A stretch of 40,803 nucleotides of DNA from Eubacteriales bacterium (GTDB taxonomy: Bacteria > Bacillota > Clostridia > Oscillospirales > CAG-272), in assembly GCA_045120555.1 (NCBI GenBank), contig JBGVEZ010000153.1, positions 1 to 40,803 of the forward strand. Direction: 5' to 3'. Under the pieces are notes generated by a model. It searched no databases, was not told the DNA's origin, and saw nothing but the letters and a program-made list of their open reading frames with translations. Position 1 is the first letter of the stretch, and the number at the start of each line of letters is the position of its first letter. The position numbers and the translations under genes were made by a program. Positions 39,015-40,803 of the stretch are shown one piece after another.

Positions 39015-39203
39015 TTATGCATTCTTCGAACGAAGAACTGTAAGAACGCGAGCAATGTCCTTCTTAACCTCAGTCATCTTGTGAGGATTGTCAAGCTGGT
39101 TGATCGCGTGCTGGAAACGGAGGTTAAAAAGTTCTTCCTTGAGAGCCACGAGCTTACCGTTGAGCTCTTCAACTGTGAGTTCTTTGAGTTCTGTTGCCTT
39201 CAC
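39015..39203 (-). CDS. rpmC: 50S ribosomal protein L29
   Basis: [31 protein letters not shown].. Confidence 0.95.
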   Translation of the reverse strand: MKATELKELTVEELNGKLVALKEELFNLRFQHAINQLDNPHKMTEVKKDIARVLTVLRSKNA

Positions 39204-39206
39204 TTC

Positions 39207-39629
39207 TTATGCCTCCTCTGCAGTATTTCTTGCAATGAACTTTGTCTTGATAGGAAGCTTATGTCCTGCAAGACGCATAGCTTCTCTTGCAACTTCTTCA
39301 GAAACGCCGTTCATTTCGAACATGATTCTGCCCGGCTTAACAACTGCTACCCAGTATTCGGGAGAACCCTTACCGGAACCCATTCGAGTTTCAGCGGGCT
39401 TTTCAGTGATCGGCTTATCGGGGAAAATCTTGATCCAAACCTTACCGCCACGGCGAATGTAACGTGTCATAGCGATACGGGCTGCTTCTATCTGGTTGCT
39501 TGTGATCCAAGCGGGCTCAGCTGCTACGAGACCGAAATCACCGTATGCAAGAGTGTTACCTCTGGTTGCCTTACCCTTAAGTCTACCGCGCTGTACTCTG
39601 CGGTATTTTACTCTCTTAGGCATTAACAT
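39207..39629 (-). CDS. rplP: 50S ribosomal protein L16
   Basis: [25 protein letters not shown].. The start shares one nucleotide with the rpsC stop (TAATG). Confidence 0.95.
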   Translation of the reverse strand: MLMPKRVKYRRVQRGRLKGKATRGNTLAYGDFGLVAAEPAWITSNQIEAARIAMTRYIRRGGKVWIKIFPDKPITEKPAETRMGSGKGSPEYWVAVVKPGRIMFEMNGVSEEVAREAMRLAGHKLPIKTKFIARNTAEEA

Positions 39630-40510
39630 TATTGCTCGCCTCCCTCTTTAGGTGCTTTTTCAGCGGGCTTTGTTTCCGGACGAGGTCTGCGTTCGCTTCT
39701 CTGGCCGTCCTTGCGTTCGCCTCTGTTATTGAAGCCACCCTTGCGGTCGCTGCCCTTGAAGCCGTCCTTGCGGTCACCCTTGTTGAAGGGCTTGCGGTCG
39801 CCGGGCTTGCGGTCCTTGCGGTTGCCTCTGTTGTTTTCGTTGCGGCGTCTTCTGTTGTCTTCCTCGCTGCGGTTTACAACGTTGAAAACCTCACCCTTGT
39901 AGATCCAGACCTTAACGCCGATCTTTCCGTAGGTTGTGTTAGCCTCGAAGAAACCGTAGTCGATGTCTGCTCTGAGGGTCTGGAGCGGGATAGTACCTTC
40001 ATGGTAGTGCTCTGTTCTTGCGATTTCAGCGCCTGCGAGACGACCGCTGCAAGAAATCTTAATACCCTTTGCGCCGTTCTTCATTGTGTTGCGGATAGCC
40101 ATCTTCATAGCTCTTCTGAATGCAACACGTCCCTCGAGCTGGCCGCAGATGTTCTCTGCAACGAGCTGAGCGTTGAGGTCAGGATTCTTGATCTCTGCTA
40201 CGTTGATTACTACAGCCTTACCTGTAAGCTTCTCAAGAGCCGCTCTGTATCTTTCGATCTCTACGCCGCCCTTACCGATAACGAGACCGGGCTTTGCGCA
40301 GTGGAGAACAACACGAACTCTCTCGTTGTTGTCTCTTTCGATCTCGATCTTTGCGAGACCAGCCTTCTGGAGCTCCTTCTTAAGGAAGGTTCTGACCTTA
40401 TAGTCGGATACGAGTGTGTCGCCGAACTTTTCGTCGGAAACGAACCATCTCGAATCCCAATCTTTGATTACGCCGACACGAATGCCGTGCGGATGAACTT
40501 TCTGTCCCAT
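39629..40510 (-). CDS. rpsC: 30S ribosomal protein S3 with an 83-aa basic low-complexity C-terminal extension
   Basis: [23 protein letters not shown].. is the KH plus S3-C core, running to about aa 210 (..VWIYKGEV). It is followed by ..[61 protein letters not shown].. Confidence 0.93.
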   Translation of the reverse strand: MGQKVHPHGIRVGVIKDWDSRWFVSDEKFGDTLVSDYKVRTFLKKELQKAGLAKIEIERDNNERVRVVLHCAKPGLVIGKGGVEIERYRAALEKLTGKAVVINVAEIKNPDLNAQLVAENICGQLEGRVAFRRAMKMAIRNTMKNGAKGIKISCSGRLAGAEIARTEHYHEGTIPLQTLRADIDYGFFEANTTYGKIGVKVWIYKGEVFNVVNRSEEDNRRRRNENNRGNRKDRKPGDRKPFNKGDRKDGFKGSDRKGGFNNRGERKDGQRSERRPRPETKPAEKAPKEGGEQ

Positions 40511-40521
40511 ATTTGCCTCCC

Positions 40522-40803
40522 TTATGCTCTCTCAGAGACTACGATAGTCACGTGAGAAGTTCTCTTCAGTATTCTGTCGCCGCTTCCCTTTGCTCTGGGC
40601 ATCATGCGCTTGAGTGTAGGTCCGGGGCATACATAGCACTCGGAAACGTAGAGTTTCGAGGCGTCCATATGGTGATTTGTTTCTGCGTTTGCCACTGCAC
40701 TTCCCAGCAACTTTACAAGGTATTCGGATGCGCTCTTGGGAGTATTCTTGAGAATAGCCATTGCAACACCTGCGTCCTTACCTCTGATGAGGTCGAGAAC
40801 GAT
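40522..40803 (-). CDS. rplV: 50S ribosomal protein L22, C-terminal part; the 5' end runs off the right edge
   Basis: The frame is open to the window edge upstream of the ORF-track Met. It reads ..[60 protein letters not shown]. Confidence 0.9.
   Translation of the reverse strand: MVLDLIRGKDAGVAMAILKNTPKSASEYLVKLLGSAVANAETNHHMDASKLYVSECYVCPGPTLKRMMPRAKGSGDRILKRTSHVTIVVSERA

Overview
This is a 40.8-kb chromosomal window from a Gram-positive, Clostridia-like genome. Supporting signs are AGGAGG-type ribosome-binding sites, glgB-C-D-A-P gene order, a type-Z (zinc) S14, and rpsD inside the alpha operon. All identifications come from reading translations and motifs by eye; no database search was possible.

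Almost everything is on the - strand. From left to right the window contains:
- The glycogen operon glgB>glgC>glgD>glgA>glgP. glgP runs off the left edge and is missing from the supplied ORF track.
- A hemolysin-III family gene.
- The only + strand island: a VanZ-like gene, argH and argF.
- A HAD / SGNH-hydrolase / Mini-RNase III operon.
- An OmpR-type response regulator and a histidine kinase, then a 52-aa membrane ORF and a 1207-aa BspA-type leucine-rich-repeat surface protein.
- A stand-alone 66-aa two-TM ORF with its own promoter and terminator.
- One long operon of three uncharacterised membrane proteins followed by ppa-obg-rarA.
- 25 genes of the S10/spc/alpha ribosomal string, from rplV (partial) to rplQ. 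I found rpmJ and rpmD by hand because they fall below the ORF-track size cutoff.

I saw no tRNA or rRNA genes, CRISPR arrays, transposases or integrases.

The items most worth a second look are:
1. A perfect 88-nt nested palindrome (a four-way junction) between the convergent argF and mrnC genes.
2. An anomalous 218-nt GC-rich structured spacer inside the spc operon, between rpsN and rpsH.
3. The three-gene membrane module, which includes a protein whose metalloprotease-like HExxH position reads AEICC.
4. Five exact TTGACA-17-TGnTATAAT promoters.
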